A stretch of DNA of 61,727 nucleotides from Streptosporangiaceae bacterium (GTDB lineage: Bacteria > Actinomycetota > Actinomycetes > Streptosporangiales > Streptosporangiaceae), in assembly GCA_036391385.1 (NCBI GenBank), contig DASWAA010000232.1:1-61727 (forward strand), in the 5' to 3' direction. Below are positions 1 to 8,189 of this stretch, piece by piece (the stretch's first letter is position 1; each line of letters begins with the position of its first letter). Under the pieces are notes generated by a model. It saw only the letters and a program-made list of their open reading frames with translations. It made no database searches and was not told where the DNA came from. Both the position numbers and the translations under genes were made by a program.

Positions 1-1
1 G

Positions 2-946
2 GCTGTGCTCGGCCTGCTCGCACCGCTCACCGACCGGCCGCTGGCCGACGAACTGGCCGCGGCGGGCGTGACCGCGATCAGTCTCGACCTGATCCCGCGG
101 ACGCTCTCACGGGCGCAGCCGATGGACGCGCTGACATCCCAGGCCAACATCGCGGGCTACAAGGCTGCCCTGATCGCGGCGGCGACGTTCGGGCGGTTCT
201 TCCCGCTGCTGATCACCGCCGCGGGCACCGCCCGGCCAGCCAAGGTTCTCGTCCTGGGCACCGGCGTGGCCGGCCTGCAGGCCATCGGTACCGCCCGGCG
301 GCTCGGGGCCGTTGTCAGCGCCTACGACGTCCGCCCGGAGACCAAGACCGAGGTCGAGTCCCTTGGCGGCACGTTCATAGAGCTGACCTCGGTCGGCCCG
401 GCCGGCGGCAGCGGCGGCTACGCCCGTGCCCTCACCGATGCCGAGCGCGCCGCCCAGCAGGCCGAGCTGACCGGCCACATTGCCAGGCATGACGTCGTAA
501 TCACCACTGCCCAGGTTCCTGGCCGACGGCCGCCACTGCTCGTCACCAGTGACGCGATCAAGTCGATGGCGCCGGGATCGGTCCTGGTCGACATGGGCGC
601 GAGCGCGCTCGGCGGGAACGTCGAGGGCTCCGCGCCCGGCGAGACGATCGTCACCGGCAACGGCGTGACGATCGTCGGCGCCGACAACCTGCCGTCCTCG
701 ATGGCAGCCGCGGCTTCGGCGATGTACGCAAGGAACATCAGCTCGCTGCTGACCTATCTGGCCAAGGATGGCGAGCTCACGATCGACCTGACCGATGAGC
801 TCGTGGCGGGCGTCGTAGTCGCCCACGCCGGGAAGGTCATCCATCCGGCCCTCGCCCCGGCAGACAGTGCGCCAGCCCCGGAGCCGCCGCCACAGGACGC
901 GGGTACCGCCCCGGACGAATCGACCCAGCCCGCCCCGGGCAAGTGA
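2..946 (+). CDS. pntAA: NAD(P) transhydrogenase subunit alpha part 1 (PntAA), 5' end cut by window edge
   Basis: The frame of ORF 5..946 is open to base 2. It has the Rossmann motif VLVLGTGVAGLQAIGTARRLGA and alanine-dehydrogenase/PNT-like sequence (QANIAGYKAALIAA). It is followed directly by pntAB and pntB. Confidence 0.9.
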   Translation, partial: AVLGLLAPLTDRPLADELAAAGVTAISLDLIPRTLSRAQPMDALTSQANIAGYKAALIAAATFGRFFPLLITAAGTARPAKVLVLGTGVAGLQAIGTARRLGAVVSAYDVRPETKTEVESLGGTFIELTSVGPAGGSGGYARALTDAERAAQQAELTGHIARHDVVITTAQVPGRRPPLLVTSDAIKSMAPGSVLVDMGASALGGNVEGSAPGETIVTGNGVTIVGADNLPSSMAAAASAMYARNISSLLTYLAKDGELTIDLTDELVAGVVVAHAGKVIHPALAPADSAPAPEPPPQDAGTAPDESTQPAPGK

Positions 947-962
947 GCGGGAGGTACCTGAC

Positions 963-1295
963 ATGCTGCTAACGGACTTCATCATCTTCGTGCTCAGCCT
1001 GTGGGTGGGCTTCGAGGTCATCAGCAAGGTGCCAGCCACCCTGCACACGCCGCTGATGTCAGCGGCGAACTCGATCCACGGCATCGTGCTGGCCGGAGCG
1101 ATCGTCATCGCCGCGACGGCCCACAACGTGGTCGGCTACATCCTCGCCTTCGTCGCCGTCGCCTTCGCCGCCATGAACGTTGTCGGCGGCTACGTCGTCA
1201 CCGGCAGGATGCTCAAGATGTTCAAGCGCCGGGTCGTGCCGGCGCCCGCAGCTCCCGCGGTCGAGGCGAGCCCGAACGGCAAGGCGGCGGCATGA
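963..1295 (+). CDS. pntAB: NAD(P) transhydrogenase subunit alpha part 2 (PntAB), small membrane subunit
   Basis: The internal ATG at 963 of ORF 867..1295 gives a 110-aa hydrophobic protein (MLLTDFIIFVLSLWVGFEVISKVPATLHTPLMSAANSIHGIVL), typical of PntAB. Its stop overlaps the pntB start (ATGA). Confidence 0.85.
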   Translation: MLLTDFIIFVLSLWVGFEVISKVPATLHTPLMSAANSIHGIVLAGAIVIAATAHNVVGYILAFVAVAFAAMNVVGGYVVTGRMLKMFKRRVVPAPAAPAVEASPNGKAAA

Positions 1296-2758
1296 GCGGC
1301 TCCTTCAACACCGTCATCCAGCTGATCTACCTCGCAGCTGCCTCGTGCTTCGTACTCGGCCTGCACCTGATGAACAACCCGGCCACTGCGCGCCGCGGCA
1401 ATCAGGTCTCGGTGGCCGGGATGGTGGCCGCCATCGGGGCCACCGGCGCGCTCGTCATCCACCAGGGGCTCATCGACACCACAGGCTGGATCGTGATCGC
1501 CGCCGGGATCGGTGTCGGCGGCGGACTGGGCCTGTACACGGCCAGGACGGTCAAGATGACCGCGATGCCGCAGCTCGTCAGCATCTTCAACGCCGTCGGC
1601 GGCGGCGCGGCCGCGCTGGTGGCGATCAGCGACTATATGGAGCTGACCACGGCTAAGCCGTTCCACCTGGCGACGATCAGCTACGCGAAGCTGGCCGCGG
1701 GGACGGCCGTCCACATCCCGGCGGCCACGTCAGTGACCACGCTGCTCGATGTGATCATCGGAGCGGTGACATTCTCCGGCTCGATCATCGCCGCCGGGAA
1801 GCTCCAGGGCGTCATCACCTCGGCTCCGGTCTCCTTCCCCGGTGCCCGGATCGTGAACCTGCTGCTCGCAGCCGCGGCGGTCGGCGTTGGCGCGTACGTG
1901 ATCGCCTCCCCGACCATGATCGGCCTGGGCATCGTCATCGCGGCCGCCCTCATCTTCGGCGTCTCCATGGTCATGCCGATCGGCGGCGCCGACATGCCGG
2001 TGGTCATCTCGCTGCTGAACGCGTTCACGGGTACCGCCGTGGCGATGGCGGGCTTCGTGATCAACAACACCGCGCTGATCATCGCCGGCGCGCTGGTGGG
2101 TGCGTCCGGAGGAATCCTGACCAAGCTGATGGCCGACGCGATGAACCGCTCTATTCCTAACATCATGCTGGGCGGCTTCGGCTCCGGCGACGCCGTGGCG
2201 GCGGTTGCCGCCACGGGCGGAGCCGGGGTTCAGTCAATCGCCGCCGACGACGCGGCGATCCAGCTCGCCTACGCGTCCAAGGTCGTCATCGTCCCCGGCT
2301 ACGGGCTCGCCGCGGCGCAGGCACAGCATGAGGTCGCCGCACTCGCCGACCTGCTGGAATCGCGTGGCGTAGACGTCAGCTACGCGATCCACCCGGTAGC
2401 CGGCCGCATGCCCGGGCACATGAACGTACTGCTCGCGGAGGCCAACGTGCCCTACCCGCTGCTCAAGGAGATGGACGAGATCAACCCGGAGTTCAGCCGG
2501 ACCGACGTCGCGCTCGTGATCGGGGCCAACGACGTCACCAACCCGGCGGCCCGGCGGCCGGGGACCGCGATCTCCGGAATGCCGATCCTCGACGTCGACG
2601 CGGCCAAGTCGATCATCGTGATCAAGCGCTCGATGGGGCATGGCTACGCGGGCATTGACAACGAGCTCTATACGAACCCTAAGACGTCCATGTTCTTCGC
2701 CGACGCCAAGAAGGGGCTCGCCGAGCTGACCGCCTCCGTCAAGACGCTCGTCGGCTAA
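1292..2758 (+). CDS. pntB: NAD(P) transhydrogenase subunit beta (PntB)
   Basis: ATG 1292 overlaps the pntAB stop. The N-terminal half is polytopic. The C-terminal NADP(H) domain carries VIVPGYGLAAAQAQH, HPVAGRMPGHMNVLLAEA and VIGANDVTNPAA. Confidence 0.92.
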   Translation: MSGSFNTVIQLIYLAAASCFVLGLHLMNNPATARRGNQVSVAGMVAAIGATGALVIHQGLIDTTGWIVIAAGIGVGGGLGLYTARTVKMTAMPQLVSIFNAVGGGAAALVAISDYMELTTAKPFHLATISYAKLAAGTAVHIPAATSVTTLLDVIIGAVTFSGSIIAAGKLQGVITSAPVSFPGARIVNLLLAAAAVGVGAYVIASPTMIGLGIVIAAALIFGVSMVMPIGGADMPVVISLLNAFTGTAVAMAGFVINNTALIIAGALVGASGGILTKLMADAMNRSIPNIMLGGFGSGDAVAAVAATGGAGVQSIAADDAAIQLAYASKVVIVPGYGLAAAQAQHEVAALADLLESRGVDVSYAIHPVAGRMPGHMNVLLAEANVPYPLLKEMDEINPEFSRTDVALVIGANDVTNPAARRPGTAISGMPILDVDAAKSIIVIKRSMGHGYAGIDNELYTNPKTSMFFADAKKGLAELTASVKTLVG

Positions 2759-2880
2759 TCTCCGGGCCGGATCCACCCGCCGTGACACGGACGGGACCGG
2801 TGCCCGTTATGCCAGGTAAAATAAGTGCTTTTAGAATCTTTTATTATCCCTATTATTACCTATCTCATTTATACGGGCTA

Positions 2881-2909
2881 TTGACAGATCGGACATCTAT
2901 TCCTATTAT
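2881..2909 (+). promoter_or_regulatory. Near-consensus sigma70/HrdB-type promoter (TTGACA-17 nt-TATTAT) inside an AT-rich islet
   Basis: TTGACA lies at 2881..2886, followed by a 17-nt spacer and TATTAT at 2904..2909. GGAGGA is at 2937..2942 and the ATG at 2947. Confidence 0.6.
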
Positions 2910-2946
2910 GGACGGGCCCATCATTCGTCGTGGCTCGGAGGAATCG

Positions 2947-3534
2947 ATGAAGCGCGCTCTGCCATTACTACTCACCGTGACCGGCCTGATCGTGTATAGC
3001 GGCAGCCCGATCGCCTTCGCGGCCCGAAGCCAGCAAGGCCCGACCGCTCACAATCCCTACTGCGTCGCGCACGCCGTGCCGATCGGAAGTTCTCAGCCGG
3101 TCGTGATGCGCTGTTTCCGCACCTTCGCGGCGTCGATCAGGGCAGCTACCGGTGGCCTGGTGCGCCTGCCCGCCTCGGCACGGCCTGGCTCCGTAACGCC
3201 CGACCAGATCAACCGCAGGGTCGAGGCTGCCCAATCGCCGACGGCGACCTATGTCATCGGCATCGATTTCGAGAACGTCAACTTCGGTGGCCAGTCGGCA
3301 ACGTTCATCGAGTCGAGCAAATGCGGTAACTACGAGATCTCCAGCATGCCGACCGGATGGAACGACATCGTGTCCTCGGTCAGCACCGCCAGTGGCTGCG
3401 CCACGACGCTCTGGCAGAACGTCGACTTTTCTGGTACGACGTTCAATGTCGGCAAGAACGGCACTGCGTCAAGCATGGGCTCGTTCAACGACCAGGCATC
3501 CTCGCAGAAATGGTGCCCAAGTAAACCCTGCTGA
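2947..3534 (+). CDS. Secreted beta/gamma-crystallin-fold (peptidase inhibitor I36-like) protein
   Basis: ATG 2947 is preceded by GGAGGA. The signal peptide is MKRALPLLLTVTGLIVYSGSPIAFA. The C-terminal half has two Greek-key-like repeats (IDFENVNFGGQSATF...WNDIVSSVS and LWQNVDFSGTTFNV...FNDQASSQKW). GC content is visibly lower than in the neighbouring genes. Confidence 0.65.
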   Translation: MKRALPLLLTVTGLIVYSGSPIAFAARSQQGPTAHNPYCVAHAVPIGSSQPVVMRCFRTFAASIRAATGGLVRLPASARPGSVTPDQINRRVEAAQSPTATYVIGIDFENVNFGGQSATFIESSKCGNYEISSMPTGWNDIVSSVSTASGCATTLWQNVDFSGTTFNVGKNGTASSMGSFNDQASSQKWCPSKPC

Positions 3535-3561
3535 GTACCCGGTCTGCGAAGGACCCAGGAT

Positions 3562-3609
3562 GGGTACGGTGGCCCCGATCTGGCTCAGGGAATCGGGGCC
3601 ACCGTACCC
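3562..3609. terminator. Bidirectional hairpin between convergent genes (18-bp perfect stem, 12-nt loop)
   Basis: GGGTACGGTGGCCCCGAT (3562..3579) pairs perfectly with ATCGGGGCCACCGTACCC (3592..3609). It sits between the stop at 3534 (+) and the stop at 3615 (-). Confidence 0.6.
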
Positions 3610-3614
3610 GGCTC

Positions 3615-4145
3615 TTATCGGCCAGATCGCCCGGCTGACCGGACGGCCGCCGGAAGGCCGAGATTCGCGCAGGTACCTGGCGAGCCGGGAAATACTGCCG
3701 CGGAACCGTCGTGCAGGGTGCACACGACGAGGGCGGGAATGCGATGACTTCCAGTCGACGACTTGGCGCGCTCATTCGCCCCGACCCGCAGGAAACCCTG
3801 CTGATACAAAGCGGCGCACGCATCGTGCGCACGCCTGACCTCAGACCGACCGCCGAGGGTGCCAGGCGCGAAGACCATGGTGTAGTAGCCGTCAGTCGCG
3901 TCCGCGACTGTGTAGCAGCGCGCCTGTGACTTGTTGGTCAGGGGCTGATAGGACGCGATCGCGAAGGCCGCGGCCCCGGTCGCCAGCACCATCGCCGCGG
4001 CTCCGGCGACAACCGCGGCCGGCTTCCCGTGCCGGCGGCCCGACCTGGCCCCCGAGCGCCGCACCACGTCTTCAAGCTGGCGCCGAGCAGCCTTCCGCCG
4101 ACGTGCCGGCAGCACCGGCATCCGGTCCGGGTGGAAATAGCTCAT
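3615..4145 (-). CDS. Single-pass membrane protein co-transcribed with the ECF sigma factor (possible anti-sigma factor)
   Basis: It starts 19 nt after the sigma-factor stop. It has an Arg-rich N-terminus, one TM helix (AAVVAGAAAMVLATGAAAFAIA) and a Cys-containing extracytoplasmic domain. No HxxxCxxC zinc anti-sigma motif was seen. Confidence 0.5.
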   Translation of the reverse strand: MSYFHPDRMPVLPARRRKAARRQLEDVVRRSGARSGRRHGKPAAVVAGAAAMVLATGAAAFAIASYQPLTNKSQARCYTVADATDGYYTMVFAPGTLGGRSEVRRAHDACAALYQQGFLRVGANERAKSSTGSHRIPALVVCTLHDGSAAVFPGSPGTCANLGLPAAVRSAGRSGR

Positions 4146-4163
4146 CTGCGCACTCCAGTGTCC

Positions 4164-4760
4164 TTATACATGCTGAGGGTCCGTGCGCTGCATCGCCTGG
4201 ACTCCATGTCCGGCCAGGTCTCGCAGGCGCTGCCTGGCTCTGGAGAGCCGTGAGCGCACGGTGCCCTCGGGCACGCCGAGCGCGACCGCGGCCTCGGCGT
4301 ACGTCAGCCCGCCCCAGTCGCAGAGCGCGATCACCTCGCGTTCCGACGGCCGCAGGTCCTCCATCGCGCAGAGCAGGTGACGCGCGAGGCGCTCCTGATC
4401 GACCCGGGCGGCGGCGTCGACGGCGATATCGAGCACTTCCTCTGGTGGCGGGAGCTTCGCGAGCAGCTGACCATGGCGGCGCAGCGTCCGCTGTGCGTTG
4501 CGGGTGGCGTTGTTGGCCACGCCGAGGAGCCACGGGAGTGCCGAGTCGCCGCTGAACCGGACTTCGTGCCGCTTCCGCCACGCCTCGAGGAAGACGGCCG
4601 AGGTGAGATCCTCGGCCATCGACCAGGACCCGGTCCGGCTGAAGCAGTGCGCGTAGACTCGGTCGGCATACCGCTCGAAGAGCTCGCCGAAGGCCTCGCC
4701 CGCGAACTCATTCGCGGCCTGCGACCAGAGTTCCTCGTCGCTCGCCGAGCGCCACTCCAT
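4164..4760 (-). CDS. ECF (sigma-70 family group 4) RNA polymerase sigma factor
   Basis: The internal start MEWRSASDEELW (ATG at 4760) of ORF 4164..5297 gives 198 aa. Region 2 reads FGELFERYADRVYAHCF...AEDLTSAVFLEAW. The region 4 HTH reads LRPSEREVIALCDWGGLTYAEAAVALGVPEGTVRSRLSRARQRL. Confidence 0.88.
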   Translation of the reverse strand: MEWRSASDEELWSQAANEFAGEAFGELFERYADRVYAHCFSRTGSWSMAEDLTSAVFLEAWRKRHEVRFSGDSALPWLLGVANNATRNAQRTLRRHGQLLAKLPPPEEVLDIAVDAAARVDQERLARHLLCAMEDLRPSEREVIALCDWGGLTYAEAAVALGVPEGTVRSRLSRARQRLRDLAGHGVQAMQRTDPQHV

Positions 4761-4844
4761 CCCCACACATCTATATGTCCGGCAGCTGTCGTTGAGTTCC
4801 ATAATGAACGGCCTAGCGCTAGTCCCGAAGGGAAGAGTAGCCCT

Positions 4845-5780
4845 GTGAGCACCATCGACGCAGACCTCGAAACGGCCGTGCCCCCCGTCGTGGACGACGG
4901 TCGTGAGCTCAGCGCAGCCAGGATGGCCCAGGTGGGCGACATGGCGGTGCGGCGCCTGCTGCCGCTGCGGGCACGGCGGAGCGTCGGCGCGTGGTGTTTC
5001 GTCGACCATTACGGGCCGATGTCGGTCGACGGGCAGACTGGCATGGCTGTGCCGCCGCACCCGCATATCGGCCTGCAGACGGTCACCTGGCTGATGGCGG
5101 GCAACGTACTGCACCGGGACAGCCTTGGCAGCGAGCAGATGATCCGGCCTGGACAGCTGAACCTGATGACCGCAGGCCGCGGAATCGCGCACGCCGAGGA
5201 GTCGCCGGCCGAGCACGACCCGCAGCTGCACGGCGTACAGCTGTGGGTGGCGCTGCCGGACGCCGCCCGGCTGGCGGACCCGGCCTTCGAGCATCACGCG
5301 GAGCTGCCGGTCACCCGCCAGGGCGGCCTGACCATTACCGTGCTGCTCGGGTCACTCGCCGGGGAGCTGTCGCCGGCCCGGACGTTCTCCAGCATCGTCG
5401 GGGCAGAGCTAGCGGCGCGGTCAGAATCACAGGAGCGGATCGCCGTCGACCCGTCCTTCGAGCACGTCATGTTCGTGACCGGCGGCTCGGCACTCGTCGA
5501 CGGGGCCGAGCTCGCCCCTGGCAGCCTGCTTTACCTGGCTCCGGGTCGGGAGGTCGTGCCCGTGGCGACTGCCGGGAGCGCCACGATGATGCTGCTCGGC
5601 GGCGTCCCCCTTGGCGAGCCGTTGCTGATGTGGTGGAACTTCGTGGCGCGCACGCCGCAGGAGATCGAGGCCGCGGTCACCGACTGGCGCGCTGGCAGGT
5701 TCGGTGAGGTCGGCGGGTATGACGGCGAGCCGCTCGCGGCGCCGCCGCTTGATGCCCGCAGGCTGATCTCCCGGCGCTAA
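4845..5780 (+). CDS. Pirin family (bicupin) protein
   Basis: GTG 4845 is preceded by GGAAGAG. The sequence contains RRLLPLRARRSVGAWCFVDHYGP...PPHPHIGLQTVTWLMAGNVLHRDSLG...MTAGRGIAHAE...GVQLWVALP, which is classic pirin. The longer track ORF from 4377 would run antisense through the sigma factor gene. Confidence 0.85.
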   Translation: MSTIDADLETAVPPVVDDGRELSAARMAQVGDMAVRRLLPLRARRSVGAWCFVDHYGPMSVDGQTGMAVPPHPHIGLQTVTWLMAGNVLHRDSLGSEQMIRPGQLNLMTAGRGIAHAEESPAEHDPQLHGVQLWVALPDAARLADPAFEHHAELPVTRQGGLTITVLLGSLAGELSPARTFSSIVGAELAARSESQERIAVDPSFEHVMFVTGGSALVDGAELAPGSLLYLAPGREVVPVATAGSATMMLLGGVPLGEPLLMWWNFVARTPQEIEAAVTDWRAGRFGEVGGYDGEPLAAPPLDARRLISRR

Positions 5781-5845
5781 GCCTCCAGGAGGCGCGGCCT
5801 GCAACGGGCGGTACGGGGTCTGGCGGAGCCGGCACGGGGGGCGGC

Positions 5846-7588
5846 CTACCGCAGCTCGCGGGCGTCCAGGATCGCGATCAGCCTGCGCTTGCGCTTCTGC
5901 TCGTCTCGCAGCGCTCGCAGGTAGGCGCCGAACTCCTCCTGCGTGCCGAGCCGGTCGTGACACGCCCGAGCCGAGACGAGCAGCCTGGCGAGCCGCTGAT
6001 AGGCGCGCTCGCCGGTCCGCGTCCGCAGCCCTGCGACCTGCCGCAGGTAGACGGCTAGCGCGTCGGCGGGGCGAGTCCGCGCGGCCAGGTCGGCCAGGCG
6101 GAGCCACTGCTCCTCGCTCGCCGCACCGCGCGCCGCTTCCCACGCCGCATCCAGGTCACCGTCGTCGATCAGCACGTCGACGATGACGGCGCCGGCCGGC
6201 GCTGGTCCGGGGCCGGATCCGCCCCGGTCCGCCGTGGCGTCAGAGCGCAGCAGGTCACGTGCCCAGTCCCTGACGGCGGGCCAGGTGCCCGCCCGTTGCC
6301 CTTCGGCACGGAGCTGCCGGTAGGAGGTCAGGTCGCGCGCGATCGCGAACCTGCCCCGCCGGACGGCAAGCGCGTCGGCACCGCGGCCTGCTGCCAGGTA
6401 TCGCTCCGCGACGAAATCGGTCAGCTCTTCCGGCGCAGCGGCCGATTCGGCGAGACCGCGCTCGGCCCAGGCCAGCGCCTCAGCCCGCCTGCCCGCCCGG
6501 TCGAGCTCGCGCGCGATCTTCAGGTGCTTGCGGTCAGGCTCGTCGTGCCCGGCCGCGATCACGCCCACGAGCGCGTCTGTGTCACCCATCAGCTGCAGCA
6601 GTCGCTCAAGCGCCTCCTGCTCGCCTGATCCTGGCTGGCTTGCCTGCCACGCCTCGCTGAGCTGCTCGCGGAGCCGGTGCAGGCCTGCCGCGCCGAGAGC
6701 GTCGGCGTAGCCGGCGAAGTCAAGCCAGAGAATGTCCTGCCGGCGCACGCCGTGCTCTGCGAGGAAGTCGGCGAGCCGTACCGCGTCGGGCGGCGCGACA
6801 CCGCACGCGGCGAGATGGCTCGCCGCCAGGTCAGCGGCAGCGGCGCGGATCACGCCCGACGAGTCCCTGGCGTTCCGGCACGACCTGCTGACGGCGCCGA
6901 TGGCCTGCTCGGCTACCGCGATCGCACCACTTGGATGCCCGGAGCTGACCACCATCGCGACGGCGGCCGCCGCCTCCCGTACCCGGCGGGCGTAGCGCCA
7001 GGCGTCGCCCTCCTCGAGGTACCCGTACGGCGACAGCTCCCGCGCATCGAGCAGGTCAGCCATCAGGGCGCTGACCGAGGTCAGGTCCCCGGCTCCCGCT
7101 GCCGCTCGCAGCTCCAGGCGCCGACGCCACTCCAGGTCCTCGACCAGCTGCTCGGCGATCAGGGAAAGCAGTTCGTCGCGGCTGCGCGAGTCCAGCCATG
7201 ACCTGAGCCGGCCGGCGCCGGCCCGCTCGCCTGCGGCTGGCGCTGCCCCGGCTCGAGCGTGAGCACGCCCGCTGCCACGCTGCGCGGGCACGATTACTGC
7301 ATTGCGCGCAATGGCCAGCCCGACCGCGACGCAATGCTTACAGAAGAATCCCTCCCGTCCTTGCGGGCAGGTGCATTCCCCCCTGATGCCCCCGGCACCG
7401 TCCGGTCCTGGCAGGGTCAGCACGACCTCGTAGTCGGCGGAGCCGCGGACCGAGGCCATGATCTGGTATGCCGATGCCGTGATCCCGTCGACCGCGTCCA
7501 GGTACTCGATGCCGCGCTCGAACGACCGGACTCCTGCCGCAGCACGCAGGTCCGCCTCGGTGAAGGTGTGCCGGCCGACGGTGGCCAC
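5846..7588 (-). CDS. SWIM zinc-finger protein with long alpha-helical repeat C-terminal region
   Basis: The SWIM CxCxnCxH signature is ECTCPQGREGFFCKHCVAV near the N-terminus. The remaining roughly 480 aa are Ala/Leu/Arg-rich and helical. Confidence 0.75.
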   Translation of the reverse strand: MATVGRHTFTEADLRAAAGVRSFERGIEYLDAVDGITASAYQIMASVRGSADYEVVLTLPGPDGAGGIRGECTCPQGREGFFCKHCVAVGLAIARNAVIVPAQRGSGRAHARAGAAPAAGERAGAGRLRSWLDSRSRDELLSLIAEQLVEDLEWRRRLELRAAAGAGDLTSVSALMADLLDARELSPYGYLEEGDAWRYARRVREAAAAVAMVVSSGHPSGAIAVAEQAIGAVSRSCRNARDSSGVIRAAAADLAASHLAACGVAPPDAVRLADFLAEHGVRRQDILWLDFAGYADALGAAGLHRLREQLSEAWQASQPGSGEQEALERLLQLMGDTDALVGVIAAGHDEPDRKHLKIARELDRAGRRAEALAWAERGLAESAAAPEELTDFVAERYLAAGRGADALAVRRGRFAIARDLTSYRQLRAEGQRAGTWPAVRDWARDLLRSDATADRGGSGPGPAPAGAVIVDVLIDDGDLDAAWEAARGAASEEQWLRLADLAARTRPADALAVYLRQVAGLRTRTGERAYQRLARLLVSARACHDRLGTQEEFGAYLRALRDEQKRKRRLIAILDARELR

Positions 7589-7678
7589 ATCGCCTATTGA
7601 ACAACACGGCGCTGACAGCGGCGAAATGGCCGATCAGCCCATTACCCGGCCCAATCGCGGATCCGCGCCAATGCGCAA

Positions 7679-7710
7679 GGGCCTGACCGCTGCCACCAGC
7701 GGTCAGGCCC
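7679..7710 (-). terminator. Stem-loop 19 nt downstream of tRNA-Glu (14-bp stem, CCAC loop)
   Basis: GGGCCTGACCGCTG-CCAC-CAGCGGTCAGGCCC forms a perfect inverted repeat. On the minus strand it follows the tRNA 3' end. Confidence 0.55.
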
Positions 7711-7728
7711 TTGCCTGCTGCACTCAAG

Positions 7729-7801
7729 TAGCCCCGACCGGATTTGAACCGGCGCTACCGCCTTGAGAGGGCGGCGTCCTGGGCCGCTAGACGACGGGGC
7801 C
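7729..7801 (-). tRNA. tRNA-Glu (anticodon CUC)
   Basis: The minus-strand sequence is GGCCCCGTCGTCTAGCGGCCCAGGACGCCGCCCTCTCAAGGCGGTAGCGCCGGTTCAAATCCGGTCGGGGCTA. It folds as a cloverleaf with anticodon stem CCGCC/GGCGG, loop CT-CTC-AA and T-loop TTCAAAT. CCA is not encoded. Confidence 0.93.
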
Positions 7802-7996
7802 AGGTACATCGATCACTACAGTCGGCCGCCAGGCTAGCGCATCGCGGCGAGTGCGTGCGCCAGATCCAGTAGGACAAGACACACAAAAACGCAGCATAAC
7901 GCAAGACCTGCCAGACCGTGACATGCGCGGCGCAGCCAACCCCGAAGTGGAGCAACACTGGCTGCCCAGAAGGCAGGCTGTGCTTGGCGCACGTCG

Positions 7997-8068
7997 CTGG
8001 GGTACCAGGACTCGAACCTAGACTAACGGGGCCAGAACCCGTCGGGCTGCCAATTACCCCATACCCCA
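7997..8068 (-). tRNA. tRNA-Gln (anticodon CUG)
   Basis: The minus-strand sequence is TGGGGTATGGGGTAATTGGCAGCCCGACGGGTTCTGGCCCCGTTAGTCTAGGTTCGAGTCCTGGTACCCCAG. It has anticodon stem ACGGG/CCCGT, loop TT-CTG-GC, T-loop TTCGAGT and the U1-A72 pair typical of tRNA-Gln. Confidence 0.93.
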
Positions 8069-8104
8069 TGGGATCGAGCCCTGCCGGGCTCGGGTCGCCT
8101 GAGA

Positions 8105-8134
8105 AGCTTAGCCGAAGCGCGCTAGTACATCCAA
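8105..8134 (-). promoter_or_regulatory. Candidate promoter for the tRNA-Gln/tRNA-Glu pair (TTGGAT-18 nt-TAAGCT on the minus strand)
   Basis: The minus-strand -35 TTGGAT is at 8134..8129 and the -10 TAAGCT at 8110..8105, about 37 nt upstream of the tRNA-Gln 5' end. This is a by-eye match only. Confidence 0.3.
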
Positions 8135-8189
8135 CCGGGCTGGCCTCGCCGACCGCGCCCCGCCAGCCGCGCCCGCCTGGCGCCTGACC

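Noticed and set aside
4377-4844. An N-terminal 156-codon extension of the pirin ORF.
   Set aside because: It would overlap the ECF sigma factor gene antisense. Pirin homology begins only after GTG 4845, which has a GGAAGAG Shine-Dalgarno-like element upstream.
7802-7996. The 195-nt spacer between tRNA-Gln and tRNA-Glu, and the possibility of a tRNA-targeted genomic island downstream of tRNA-Glu.
   Set aside because: There is no integrase or recombinase gene, and no repeat of the tRNA 3' end that I could spot in 2759..7728. The flanking genes (SWIM, pirin, ECF) have normal high GC. The spacer has no convincing ORF or structure.
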